Both the position numbers and the translations under genes were made by a program. The notes beneath the pieces are model-generated. The model worked only from the letters and a program-made list of their open reading frames with translations, was not told where the DNA came from and made no database searches. Positions 10,424 to 20,159 of a DNA stretch of 64,000 nt are shown here, one piece after another; positions within the stretch are counted from its first letter, which is position 1; each line of letters opens with the position of its first letter. Source of the DNA: a bacterium. Its GTDB lineage: Bacteria > Electryoneota > Electryoneia > Electryoneales > Electryoneaceae. Location of the stretch: positions 160,001 through 224,000 of the forward strand of contig OY769902.1 of NCBI GenBank assembly GCA_963669175.1, read 5' to 3'.

Positions 10424-10504
10424 AGGTACTCCTTTGCGCTACGATGAAAGAAACATACTACTGAAACAGAATGGATGCAATAAGGAGCTATCTCTATAAA
10501 AAAA

Positions 10505-10836
10505 GGCTGCTCACAAGAATTTGTGCATATTATCGACGAGTACGTTTCGTCAGGTCTTGACGTGATGCCTTTTTCTTGTTCTTCTCCGCAATTTCAGACA
10601 CCTGTCCGACTTCACAGCTGCTATTTCGCATGATAGATCGTCATCAGGCATCACATTGTGACCTGACGACAGCGAGAGTGCTGATACCGGTGGCAGGTCA
10701 CAACGCGACAATAACAGGACGAGAGGTGGTTTCAGTATCATATGCATTCAGAAATACATTGCGAAAGCCGAAAACGGAATGTCGCGTCAAGACCTGCCAC
10801 AACTTTGCCCGGATGCACAAATTCTTGTGAGGAACC
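10505..10836. repeat. Inverted-repeat-bounded element with four internal 21 bp motifs
   Basis: Perfect 19 bp IR CTCACAAGAATTTGTGCAT at 10510-10528 and 10813-10831; CAGGTC-containing motifs at 10549, 10647, 10690 and 10780. Confidence 0.8.
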
Positions 10837-10903
10837 AAAAAAAAATATTTACAACTGGCTCAAAGGGAAAAATAAAAAGTCCGAAACGAGTCTGATCAGG
10901 CTT

Positions 10904-11383
10904 CTAACCCGAATATTTCCATGAACGAAACATGGATAATCATCTTAACACATTTCATATCAGCACAATACAACTGATTCATACAGCATTTTTCAGGGTA
11001 CAGTTTGTTCCAGTATCCCTTTGCATGTCTATTCCCTGTTTCGCTGGCAAACTGAGGCTGAGTATCGGCAACCGCCCCGGCAGGGGCAACCTGTATTAGC
11101 CCCGGGCAGCCGCCGTCAGTTTGGCGGCTACCCGGGGAGATAATGCGCACCACATATTTACTCCGGTAGGAGTAACCTAAAAATTAATAATGATATACAA
11201 CATGAATGGTTAGACAACCCGCTGCCGGGGTTGGCAAGTAGCGCACATCCATCTCCCACCGTAAGCGCCAAACAGACGGCGCTGGACGGTGGGCTAATTC
11301 AGGGAACCACTGCCGTGGTTCTTGTACTGGCCGTTCCATCAAGTATCACATTGAAATTGCCATTGGTGAAATATTCGGGTTAG
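10904..11383. mobile_element. MITE-like element, copy 1
   Basis: Terminal IR CTAACCCGAATATTTC/GAAATATTCGGGTTAG; homologous to 21194-22113 and 31078-31553; no transposase. Confidence 0.85.
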
Positions 11384-11488
11384 CGCGCACCCTGGGTAAG
11401 AAGCACAATTATTTTTCTACTCCGAAGGAGTTGGATAAGAACATATACGCTAAGAAATTCTATTCGAACCTGTTTCTCCTCATGGCAT

Positions 11489-11523
11489 AAAAAAATGCCG
11501 GGGCTTGGCAACAAGACCCGACA
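11489..11523 (-). terminator. Intrinsic terminator
   Basis: Minus strand reads TGTCGGGTCTTG-TTGC-CAAGCCCCGGCA-TTTTTTT. Confidence 0.65.
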
Positions 11524-11567
11524 CTCAACTGCTACTGCACTGGTATGCAACTCTGTAAAGGCAACAT

Positions 11568-13562
11568 TTATTTCAACAGCGTCATCCGTATCACCTGGGA
11601 CGCATTCCCACTGGAAAGCCGCGCGAAATACACCCCGCTGGGCAGATCAGAGGCATCAAACAGGACCGTATGCTCCCCGGCGGCCAGAACACGATCGCTC
11701 AGAACCTGCACCTCTCGTCCCAGCAGATCAAACACGGCCAACCTTACCTGTCCCTGCGCGGAAAGGGTGAAACGGATAGCCGTTTCAGGATTGAACGGGT
11801 TCGGATAATTCTGCGCCAGAACAAACTGGTTTGGCGTCAGCGACGGCCCTTCCTGCACCCCGGTAGTACGATAGAAGGGATCGTAATACATCACGGTATT
11901 CCAGACCCAGTGGTCCGGATCCTCATAAAAACCTGTCGAATCATAGTGAAGCGGATAATTTTCAACCCACCCCGCGGAATCGTAAACAGCATCCATAATC
12001 TGAGCAAAAGGAACACGATGAACGACCATTGGATTATTTGTATAGGATCCCTGATTGTAATTCACCATTCCGGCATCCTTATCCAGCATATAGGTCAGGA
12101 ACATGTGCTCGCCATCTGTATCCAGGGTAATACTGGGGTCGATTTCACTTTCACAGGCACCGGCAGGTATACCATCAGGATACTCTCCTTCCCCTGCACG
12201 TGTGTTGGTCAGGTCTACCGGTCTGGTCCACATCTGTCCCGGTACAATGGCATTCCAGTTACGCATGCCCGGACTGGCCGAAACCATGATTTCGTAGTTG
12301 ATATAGCCTGATTCACTGACATCCCAGGGTTGGAAAGTGGAATCATTAATGGTCGTGAATTCGCCGGGCAAACCGGCCTGGTTCCATACACAGTACAATG
12401 ACCTTGTTTCAGGATCCTGCAAAAGAGCAGGACGACACACTACGGGATGCCCGCCTGTTATCCGTGCATGGTTATCGAACCAGCCATCCGCGATCACACT
12501 GAACTCGTTGTTCACTTCGCACCAGTGAAACACCATGCTCCTATAGTTGTTGGAAGAGGGTGTTCCGTATCCAAGCACGGTGAACGCGATATGCAGGTTT
12601 TCATCTTGATCAAAGTAGAGATCCAGATCGTTATAGGTACGGAAGGTGTCAATGTTCCACCACCAGTCTTCAAAATCGGTAACATTGATAAAGCTATCCC
12701 AGTCCCAGGTCTCACCACCATCTTCACTGATCCACAAGAATAAATCGTTGTTGAATGCGGAATAATCATCCTGATGCCAGCAAACATTGCTTCCTATGGC
12801 AACACGGTTTCCGCTGGGAGATGCTGCAATTGATGCGGAGTAGTTATTTGACAGGTCGGTCACAGTCTGCCACTGGCCCGGAACAATGATCTCTTGATCC
12901 GCCGAAAGGACATTGCGCGAATAGTAAAGGTTTTGAACACCGGGATCATCATCATCCAGATATTCCGTTGACAGCATATGCACATACCCGGTTCCATTGT
13001 ATTCCCCGTAGGCGATATGCGGCCACAGGGCTTCCTCTCCATCAGGATGAGACAAGTATTGGTAGCTGAAGAATCCCAGGTGTGCCTGCCACTGATAGGA
13101 TAATGTCAACGACAATTCATCCTCGTCGTTACCCAAAGGGCAGGAATGATAGGCTACCAGCGGCGAGTACCAACCGGGTACACGAGCCAGCGTGGCATAC
13201 CCTGCCCGTTGCCCCAGGTCGACTGGAAAATCATTGCCCATTACCTCAGGCCCGTCATCATGCCAGAACACACGGTTGTAGCGCACATGCCGGTCCGTTG
13301 AAGCAGTACTTGCCTGACAGGTCCAGACATTGGTTGTCATGGGACCATCTTCAGGATCATCTGCAAACGAAATTAGCTTCCCGATGCTGCCGTTCTGTTG
13401 TAGTTCCCAATACGTAAACCCCACATGAACCGTATCACCAAGTACATCAAGCTGGGAACGCACAGGATTCACGTTCGGAGAAGCAGCAAAAACAGGTAAC
13501 ATGAGGATGAATGTGGAAAACAGGCACACCAGGGCGAAGGAAACCGGACGATTGTTCTTCAT
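11568..13562 (-). CDS. Secreted protein with a BNR/Asp-box-like motif and a T9SS-like C-terminal domain
   Basis: RBS GGGAGG before ATG 13562; signal peptide; SEDGGETW Asp-box; LAQNYPNPFNPET...LPSGVYF...MTLLK. Confidence 0.85.
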   Translation of the reverse strand: MKNNRPVSFALVCLFSTFILMLPVFAASPNVNPVRSQLDVLGDTVHVGFTYWELQQNGSIGKLISFADDPEDGPMTTNVWTCQASTASTDRHVRYNRVFWHDDGPEVMGNDFPVDLGQRAGYATLARVPGWYSPLVAYHSCPLGNDEDELSLTLSYQWQAHLGFFSYQYLSHPDGEEALWPHIAYGEYNGTGYVHMLSTEYLDDDDPGVQNLYYSRNVLSADQEIIVPGQWQTVTDLSNNYSASIAASPSGNRVAIGSNVCWHQDDYSAFNNDLFLWISEDGGETWDWDSFINVTDFEDWWWNIDTFRTYNDLDLYFDQDENLHIAFTVLGYGTPSSNNYRSMVFHWCEVNNEFSVIADGWFDNHARITGGHPVVCRPALLQDPETRSLYCVWNQAGLPGEFTTINDSTFQPWDVSESGYINYEIMVSASPGMRNWNAIVPGQMWTRPVDLTNTRAGEGEYPDGIPAGACESEIDPSITLDTDGEHMFLTYMLDKDAGMVNYNQGSYTNNPMVVHRVPFAQIMDAVYDSAGWVENYPLHYDSTGFYEDPDHWVWNTVMYYDPFYRTTGVQEGPSLTPNQFVLAQNYPNPFNPETAIRFTLSAQGQVRLAVFDLLGREVQVLSDRVLAAGEHTVLFDASDLPSGVYFARLSSGNASQVIRMTLLK

Positions 13563-13894
13563 AATACCTCCCCATTGAGTCGCGTTCTTGAATAAACTAT
13601 AAAAAACGACAGAATAGCGCAACTCAAAAGCGACTTAAAACACAAATCGCGGCAAGTGTAAGGAGGAGGAATACAAGAAAGGAAGAAGAATGGCGCCTCG
13701 CTATTGCATGTGAGTAGGCGTATCTGTAGTCAATAAAAAGAATGACAACAGGGTAGATCAGATCACTTTGTCAGGCTAAGAATTGTCCGTTTATCAGGAT
13801 GGAGTTTGACTACAGTCTGATGTCCACCGAAGGTGGGCCACTCGAATAGCGTGGTGCGCACGCACAAAAAAAATGCAGCGTACGAGAAAAAAAC

Positions 13895-14725
13895 CTACTC
13901 TTCTGTAGCTTCGGGAATAGGTTTCAGGCCGAAACCACGGTCGTGCATATTCTGGCGAAGATCACGGATCGCAACAATCATACGATCAGCGATAGCTTGG
14001 TAGGTTTCTCTGCTTTCTTTCAGCTCATACAGATCAGACATGTCAATCGGATCACCGATAATCATGGAAAATTTCTTCCCGATCTTTGGAGAATAAGTGC
14101 CAATCGGAAGGATATCCTGGGCGCCTTCATGATACGCCGGAATGACTTTCACCTTGGTCTGATAGGCCAGTCGTCCGATACCCACCTTGCCCTTGCCGAT
14201 GTCGCCGGAGCGTGTGCGTGTCCCTTCCGGGTAAATCATGACCACGCCCTTATCCATCAGCAACTGCTTCAAACGTGTCATGCCCGGCTGGAATACTCCA
14301 TGCCCACGTGTCAACGGAACACACTGGGCCTTCTTCAGCATCCAGGTAATGATCGGGCCAAGGAAAAAGTTCTTCTCTTCGGGAGCATGCCAGGGAAAAT
14401 ACTTTACCCCCATGAAAGCATACCGGAAATACAACAACCCGCCAAAAAGAAAATCATCGATCATGGTCACATGATTGCTGACAAACATATAGGGCGGTCG
14501 ATAGTGGTCCATCTTCTTCCGGTCCACCAACCGTACTCTCTGGGTGATGTGCATGAAGAAGTAAACGGAGCCCGCAATAAACAATTGTACCAGCCAGGAG
14601 AGAGGTTTGTTGATCGGGCCTTGAGTCCAACTACGGATCTCATCGACACGTGCCTGGGCTTCCTCGGCGCTACGCACTGCGGGAGGTTTATGCCCTAACT
14701 TCTTGATACTGGAAAGCTTGAACAT
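13895..14725 (-). CDS. Lysophospholipid acyltransferase (PlsC/tafazzin-like)
   Basis: SNHVTMIDD (HX4D), IYPEGTRT, KVGIGRL. Confidence 0.9.
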   Translation of the reverse strand: MFKLSSIKKLGHKPPAVRSAEEAQARVDEIRSWTQGPINKPLSWLVQLFIAGSVYFFMHITQRVRLVDRKKMDHYRPPYMFVSNHVTMIDDFLFGGLLYFRYAFMGVKYFPWHAPEEKNFFLGPIITWMLKKAQCVPLTRGHGVFQPGMTRLKQLLMDKGVVMIYPEGTRTRSGDIGKGKVGIGRLAYQTKVKVIPAYHEGAQDILPIGTYSPKIGKKFSMIIGDPIDMSDLYELKESRETYQAIADRMIVAIRDLRQNMHDRGFGLKPIPEATEE

Positions 14726-14772
14726 GGCTTGAAACGCTAGACTCCAGTAATTCCCCTGAAACAGAACCCGTC

Positions 14773-16386
14773 TTAATCACATCCAACAATGTGACTGGAA
14801 GGATAATAATGAGACAGTAGCTCACGCCAGTTCCAACCGCGATTTGCGAGAGCGGCCGAACCGAGCTGACACAGACCTACCCCATGCCCCCATCCGACCC
14901 CTTCCAGCTTGAAACCGCCACCCGGTTCCGCATCAATAATAAACGCCGATGAAGGTAAATGCGTATCCGAAAGCAACCTTCGTATTTTCAGCTCTTTGCC
15001 AATCGTAAGAGTTTCCTTTTCACCAACCACACGAAGGTAGACAATCCGGCCTGAAACACTACGTTCCAACGGCTCAAGACTTCGGATCGCACCAAGATCG
15101 TGCCCCGTCCTCTCCTTCACCATTTCCTGGAGCTGATCTCCGCCAAGCATGACACTCCAGCGATAAAGATGAGTCATCTCTTCTGCGGATTCAGGATAGG
15201 GCGACACACAGGGATTGCAGGCGATCGGGAATTTTGCCGGGCCTGCGTCCTGAATCCCCTCTTCGCCGAGCAGGCATTGCAACTCAACCTGTACCAAAGC
15301 ATGACGGAAGACATGCTCGTTGGACCAGTCGATGATGGATGGTTCTCCAGGTTTACCATCACGATTGCAGGGCACGGGACGCATGTACTCAATATCCCAG
15401 TCTTCCCATGCAACCCGGTAATAATCGGACTGCCCGCCGCAGCTTTTCGCATAACGGGCATCCGCCACCCTGTTACCATGGGCCAGAAGAGCATTCTTAC
15501 ATGTTGCCAGCGCTTTACGTGCCGTATCGCTTTCCCGGCTGAGTCCCTGGTAACACTGGCAATGATCATCATGACACAGGTCGAAAGCTTCGCCGTGGTG
15601 ATGACGTCCCCGTGTCGCAAGCACGGTTGAACGTGCCGCTACTGCCTGAGCAGCCAACGCTTCTACCGGCCAATCGCCACGCATCTCGCTGCCCAGCAGA
15701 CTGGTCAGGTATGCTTCCAGGCTGACCTCATTCACCGCAGTAATTTTGCCGCCATCCACCCACAGCTCCAATACACCACGGAACGGCAGTTTTTCCACAT
15801 GATCCCAGTGAAACTCGATACCGATGCGGACCGCGCCCAACTCAAACGGCGCTTCCGGATCAGCCGGATCAATCCGTAGCGGGGATGGAAACGTAAAAGA
15901 ATTTCCATCGTTTCCGGTTATCTGCAATGTCCCACCGGACGGCGGATCCAGACGGATCGGGTCCGGCGCGACGAGCTGATCTTCGAATTTTACGACGCCC
16001 AAAGCTTGCGCGTGCGGCTGAACATAACGATCCACCAGCGCCGGCACATCTTCAGGCTGGGGCACATCGCCGAACACCACCGCCCAGGTCGTGGCTTCCA
16101 GAGTACTGTCACCCCATTGTACCGGACGACCCATTGTCTTGACAACGAGGGGATTCAGGATGGATTCATTTTGTGCAACAAAAGCTTCTGCTGCTTCCAC
16201 GGTTTGGAAAGTCGCCAGCCTGTGGCCCCAGCGTGGTGTTGTCGCTGGCTCATTGACCGTCGCCAGGTATTCACCTGCTGGCAATTGCTGTTGATTCTCA
16301 AGATCAACCGGCCCATTCAGCACAAAAGGAAGAGACTCGGAACGAATCTGAACACCAACCCGAACAGTTTCATCATAGCTGGCCAT
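14773..16386 (-). CDS. SpoIID/LytB domain protein
   Basis: NEVSLEAYL, SEM...WPVEALAAQAVAARS, LCHDDHCQCYQG, GWGHGVGLCQ. Confidence 0.9.
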   Translation of the reverse strand: MASYDETVRVGVQIRSESLPFVLNGPVDLENQQQLPAGEYLATVNEPATTPRWGHRLATFQTVEAAEAFVAQNESILNPLVVKTMGRPVQWGDSTLEATTWAVVFGDVPQPEDVPALVDRYVQPHAQALGVVKFEDQLVAPDPIRLDPPSGGTLQITGNDGNSFTFPSPLRIDPADPEAPFELGAVRIGIEFHWDHVEKLPFRGVLELWVDGGKITAVNEVSLEAYLTSLLGSEMRGDWPVEALAAQAVAARSTVLATRGRHHHGEAFDLCHDDHCQCYQGLSRESDTARKALATCKNALLAHGNRVADARYAKSCGGQSDYYRVAWEDWDIEYMRPVPCNRDGKPGEPSIIDWSNEHVFRHALVQVELQCLLGEEGIQDAGPAKFPIACNPCVSPYPESAEEMTHLYRWSVMLGGDQLQEMVKERTGHDLGAIRSLEPLERSVSGRIVYLRVVGEKETLTIGKELKIRRLLSDTHLPSSAFIIDAEPGGGFKLEGVGWGHGVGLCQLGSAALANRGWNWRELLSHYYPSSHIVGCD

Positions 16387-16398
16387 GATTTCTCCTCC

Positions 16399-17382
16399 CT
16401 ATGCCCTTGTATCCAGGCGGTTCCCCGAATCACCCTTGGGACCATGTCCCCCAAGCCCCATCGCTTGCGCTGTAGCAAAGAACTGGCGTGTTCCCCAGAT
16501 CAGCGCGGCAAGCGCCGGGATCAGCAACCAGGGAGATACATGCCCGTGAAAATCAAACCATTCCGGCTGTGTCTCGCCGAATGCGTTTACCAGGATCAGG
16601 TCCAGCCCGTTCGCAGCGGCATGCGCCACAACTGCGGGCCAGACTGATTCTGCGCGCCAGACGATCGCTCCCAAAATCACAGCCATGATCAGGATCGGAA
16701 TCAGCAGGTAAGGAATGGTATGAATCGCAGCAAAGATAGCTGACGTCCACAACACCCCGCTGGTTACCCCACGATGCCGCTCCAGCCAGCGTTGTAATAA
16801 GCCACGAAACAGAAATTCTTCGGTAATCGGTGTCGCTATCGCCACTGTCACAACCAGCAGAACCACATCCAGGCTGTCATTCATGGCAATGGAATTCTGC
16901 ATCCCATCGAACAAGTCCTTGGGAAATGGCGCAACCATGTCGATCAGGGATGCAATTTCACTTCCGATCAGACTCAATCCCACCCCGATAAGCGCGCTGT
17001 ACCCAAGCAATGATAAGGGTACTGGATGTAGTCTTAGATGAGTTTTCAGTGAGAGGTTGCGTTTTTTCAGATACCACCATGTCGGCACAATGGTGCTTGC
17101 CACGATGAGAAACTGGATAAGTTTCTCTACTTTGTCCGGTATGTTGGGTTCTGCCGTTTTCGCCCATTCCATCAGCCCTTCCTGGTCCATCAAGTCGATC
17201 TTTCCTTCCTGAAGCGCATGATAAACCTGGATGGAAGCCGTAAGGAGCGAAGCCCCAAGCGTGACCAGTAAAATCATCCCCAGTGTAAGCAGGGCAATTA
17301 TAGCAATATCACGCCCGGTGAGTTGTGAATTACCCTGCGGGTTGCCCGGCATGAGCGGTTTATGTTCGGATGGTCCCAGCAT
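16399..17382 (-). CDS. CPBP (CAAX/Abi) family intramembrane metalloprotease
   Basis: PITEEFLFRG, FAAIH, HAAAN; multiple transmembrane segments. Confidence 0.9.
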   Translation of the reverse strand: MLGPSEHKPLMPGNPQGNSQLTGRDIAIIALLTLGMILLVTLGASLLTASIQVYHALQEGKIDLMDQEGLMEWAKTAEPNIPDKVEKLIQFLIVASTIVPTWWYLKKRNLSLKTHLRLHPVPLSLLGYSALIGVGLSLIGSEIASLIDMVAPFPKDLFDGMQNSIAMNDSLDVVLLVVTVAIATPITEEFLFRGLLQRWLERHRGVTSGVLWTSAIFAAIHTIPYLLIPILIMAVILGAIVWRAESVWPAVVAHAAANGLDLILVNAFGETQPEWFDFHGHVSPWLLIPALAALIWGTRQFFATAQAMGLGGHGPKGDSGNRLDTRA

Positions 17383-17696
17383 GATGTCCTGAATGTTTTC
17401 TGTCTGTTACCTGTATAAAGCGGTAACCTGCGATATTGTTCCATAACTTCATTTTTTCTGCACGTTTCACAGAGTCGGGTGGCCCGATTCACAAGTGATG
17501 GAGCTTCCGTTATGGTTGCAGTTTGAATACGGTTATGCTGTTTAACTCATGACGCAACTTCGAGTGAGTCGGGACTGTGACAGGGAAAGGAGGCAGTCCC
17601 CTTTTTTCATATCCTCATCTCTATCACCAATAATTCGTTCGTTGATTATATCCTGACAACGTATTTTCAAGAGTAGCTGTACTTCACTCGCCCGGA

Positions 17697-18485
17697 CTAT
17701 CGCAGGAGACGATCCACCAGGATAGCGCCTGCCATGGCGACATTGAGCGAATCTACCTGCCCACGCCTCTCGATAGCAACCCGTAGATCAGCAAGACTCA
17801 CAAGTTTTTCATCCATACCGTGTGCTTCGCTGCCCAGTATCAGGATGGTCGGGGAATCCGGGGAAAGTGGCGGTGGCGCGCTGGCGTTTTCAACGATGGA
17901 GGCCAGAATGGTAGCGCCCTGTTCCCGGGCCTTCTTGCAAGCTGAATACAAATCGACCGGCTGACAGATGCGAACCTGCAGGTGTGCCGCCATGGCCGCG
18001 CGAATGGTCTTGGGGTTGTACAGTTCTGCGGTGCCCTCGCCCAGCCAGACTTCACGAATACCATAGAAGGCAGCCACACGAATCAGGGTGCCCACATTGC
18101 CCGGATCACTAACCTTGTCCAGCGCCAGCGCCAGTCCGGGCGGCACAGGAATCAGCGGGGATTGGGCAGGCGCCTGCTTCATAATCGCCAGAACCGGGGG
18201 CGCTGTCGACAATCCGCTCACTGCCTGCAATTCATCCAGCCCTGTTTCGCGAAGCGGGTATTTCTCGCGCTGCAACCAGTCCAGCAATTCCTGGTCGGAG
18301 GAACGGGTCAGGCTACGGGCATCATGCAGAATTCCGTAAGCCTCGGCGCCCTGCATCAGGGCGTCTTCAATGGCAGCGCTGCCTTCCAGGAGGTAAACGC
18401 CGAATTCTTTACGGTATTTCTTTGACGAAAGCTTGCGTAGCCAGGTTTTTCCTGGCGGCCAGTGGGGAAGTTTGGAGAATGACAT
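17697..18485 (-). CDS. TrmH/SpoU family RNA methyltransferase
   Basis: DPGNVGTLIR, GSEAHG, DSLNVAMA. Confidence 0.92.
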   Translation of the reverse strand: MSFSKLPHWPPGKTWLRKLSSKKYRKEFGVYLLEGSAAIEDALMQGAEAYGILHDARSLTRSSDQELLDWLQREKYPLRETGLDELQAVSGLSTAPPVLAIMKQAPAQSPLIPVPPGLALALDKVSDPGNVGTLIRVAAFYGIREVWLGEGTAELYNPKTIRAAMAAHLQVRICQPVDLYSACKKAREQGATILASIVENASAPPPLSPDSPTILILGSEAHGMDEKLVSLADLRVAIERRGQVDSLNVAMAGAILVDRLLR

Positions 18486-18490
18486 GACTT

Positions 18491-18877
18491 TTAAAAGATG
18501 TCGAGGTCGTCCATGCCAAGCGCCTGAACGATCTTCGTTAACAGTTGTTCGCTGGTGAATGGTTTGGTCATGTATTGCTTGGCGCCCAGTCGAATCGCCT
18601 CAACCATACGTTCTTTCAGGTTGACCGTGGTCAGCATGATAATGGGGATACGGGTGTACTCTTCGCTGCTTTTCACTCGTTTCAGAAATTCCAGCCCATC
18701 CATAACCGGCATTTCAATGTCGAGGATAATCAGATCGACATTGCCGTTTTCCTTCGCCAGCACATCGAGCCCTTCCTGGCCGTTTTCCGCTTCAAGAAAA
18801 TCTGCGCCGATCACCTCAACCATACTCTGTACAGTTTTACGAATGGTGCGGGTATCATCTACCGAAAGGATTTTCAT
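18491..18877 (-). CDS. CheY-like single-domain response regulator
   Basis: ILSVDD, LIILDIEMPVMDG, MLTT, KPF. Confidence 0.9.
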   Translation of the reverse strand: MKILSVDDTRTIRKTVQSMVEVIGADFLEAENGQEGLDVLAKENGNVDLIILDIEMPVMDGLEFLKRVKSSEEYTRIPIIMLTTVNLKERMVEAIRLGAKQYMTKPFTSEQLLTKIVQALGMDDLDIF

Positions 18878-18885
18878 AGCTCACC

Positions 18886-19725
18886 TCAACTCCGTTTCTG
18901 GTTATAGATACAATTTTTATGCACTTTGATATCAAAATCATTGGAGAGGCCACGGATAGTCTCTGTAGCGCCCAGGAGCATCAGACCGTTGGGACGTAGG
19001 GCGCGTGCCATCTTGGCGAACAACTCTTCTTTAAACTTGGCTGCGAAATAGATGGCCACATAGCGAGAGAGAATCACATCAAAGGTGCCGACAGCGGTAA
19101 AGGGCTCCTGCAGGTTGAACCGTTTGAATTTGACAAACTTTTTAACCTCGTCATTCAGAACCCAGACACGTCCGTCCTGCTTGAAGAAACGCTGTTTCCG
19201 GTTAGCGCTCAATCCACGCCCGATTGCCAGCACATCGTATCGCCCCGACAGGGCCAGGAAAAGCGCTGAAGAAGAAATGTCTGTCGCCAGGATTTCCACA
19301 CGGCTCGCCAGGCTGGGGTTGCCACGCTTTTCAGCCTCTTCGATCAACAGCATGACCAGCGAATAGGCTTCCTGACCGGTTGATGCCGCTGCTGACCAGA
19401 CACGTGGCCATTCGCCCTTTTCCACACGGTCGAGCAGGTCTGGAACCACAACTTCCTGCATGAACACCCAGATGGCAGGATCACGAAACCACAAGGTTTC
19501 ATTGGTCGTCATGGCATCAACAACCCGATCACGGAGTTTTCCGCTGGGATCTGCCATGGCCTTATGGTGGAATTCTGTAAATGACGCACACCCTGTCTCC
19601 AGGACGAGGTCAGAGAGACGGGTTTCTATCAAATACTCTTTTCCTGTCTCCAGATGAATCGCACAATGCTGCTCAATGTACGCCTTCATCAAAACGTATT
19701 CCTGATCCGTGATTTTAATGACCAT
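18886..19725 (-). CDS. cheR: CheR-type protein-glutamate O-methyltransferase
   Basis: MTTNETLWFRD, WSAAASTGQEAYS, ILATDIS, LLGATE. Confidence 0.9.
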   Translation of the reverse strand: MVIKITDQEYVLMKAYIEQHCAIHLETGKEYLIETRLSDLVLETGCASFTEFHHKAMADPSGKLRDRVVDAMTTNETLWFRDPAIWVFMQEVVVPDLLDRVEKGEWPRVWSAAASTGQEAYSLVMLLIEEAEKRGNPSLASRVEILATDISSSALFLALSGRYDVLAIGRGLSANRKQRFFKQDGRVWVLNDEVKKFVKFKRFNLQEPFTAVGTFDVILSRYVAIYFAAKFKEELFAKMARALRPNGLMLLGATETIRGLSNDFDIKVHKNCIYNQKRS

Positions 19726-20089
19726 GGGTACCTGAATCCCTGCCCGATCATGTTCTGGATGCCACTGCGCATTTCACGTCTGCTGGCAGCTCATCGCTTC
19801 GCCGAATAAGTTGACACGAAAGATACTACAAGAAACCTGATGACTTCAAAACAATTCGCTAAAACTCAACGGTTACGAGTGCCAAACAATTAGTGGACCG
19901 TTTCACCTGTATAAAATCGCCTTGCAGCCAAACGCTTTGAACAAGCAGAATCTCTCAAGTTAGAAGAAACGGTCAAATAATCATCAACGTAGGCTCGAGT
20001 AAAAACGCATGCCAGAAGGGAATATAAACTCAAAGAGCGCTTGGAGCCTGTTGCATATTTTTTCACAAAGGTTAGTCTCTCGCAATTTT

Positions 20090-20118
20090 TTGACAATTGC
20101 ACGAAGGTGAATTACTAT
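20090..20118 (+). promoter_or_regulatory. Sigma70-type promoter for the aldo/keto reductase
   Basis: TTGACA (20090-20095), 17 nt spacer, TACTAT (20113-20118). Confidence 0.6.
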
Positions 20119-20159
20119 AGGTAATTCGGCAAGGCTTGACGACAGACAGGAGTAAATTG

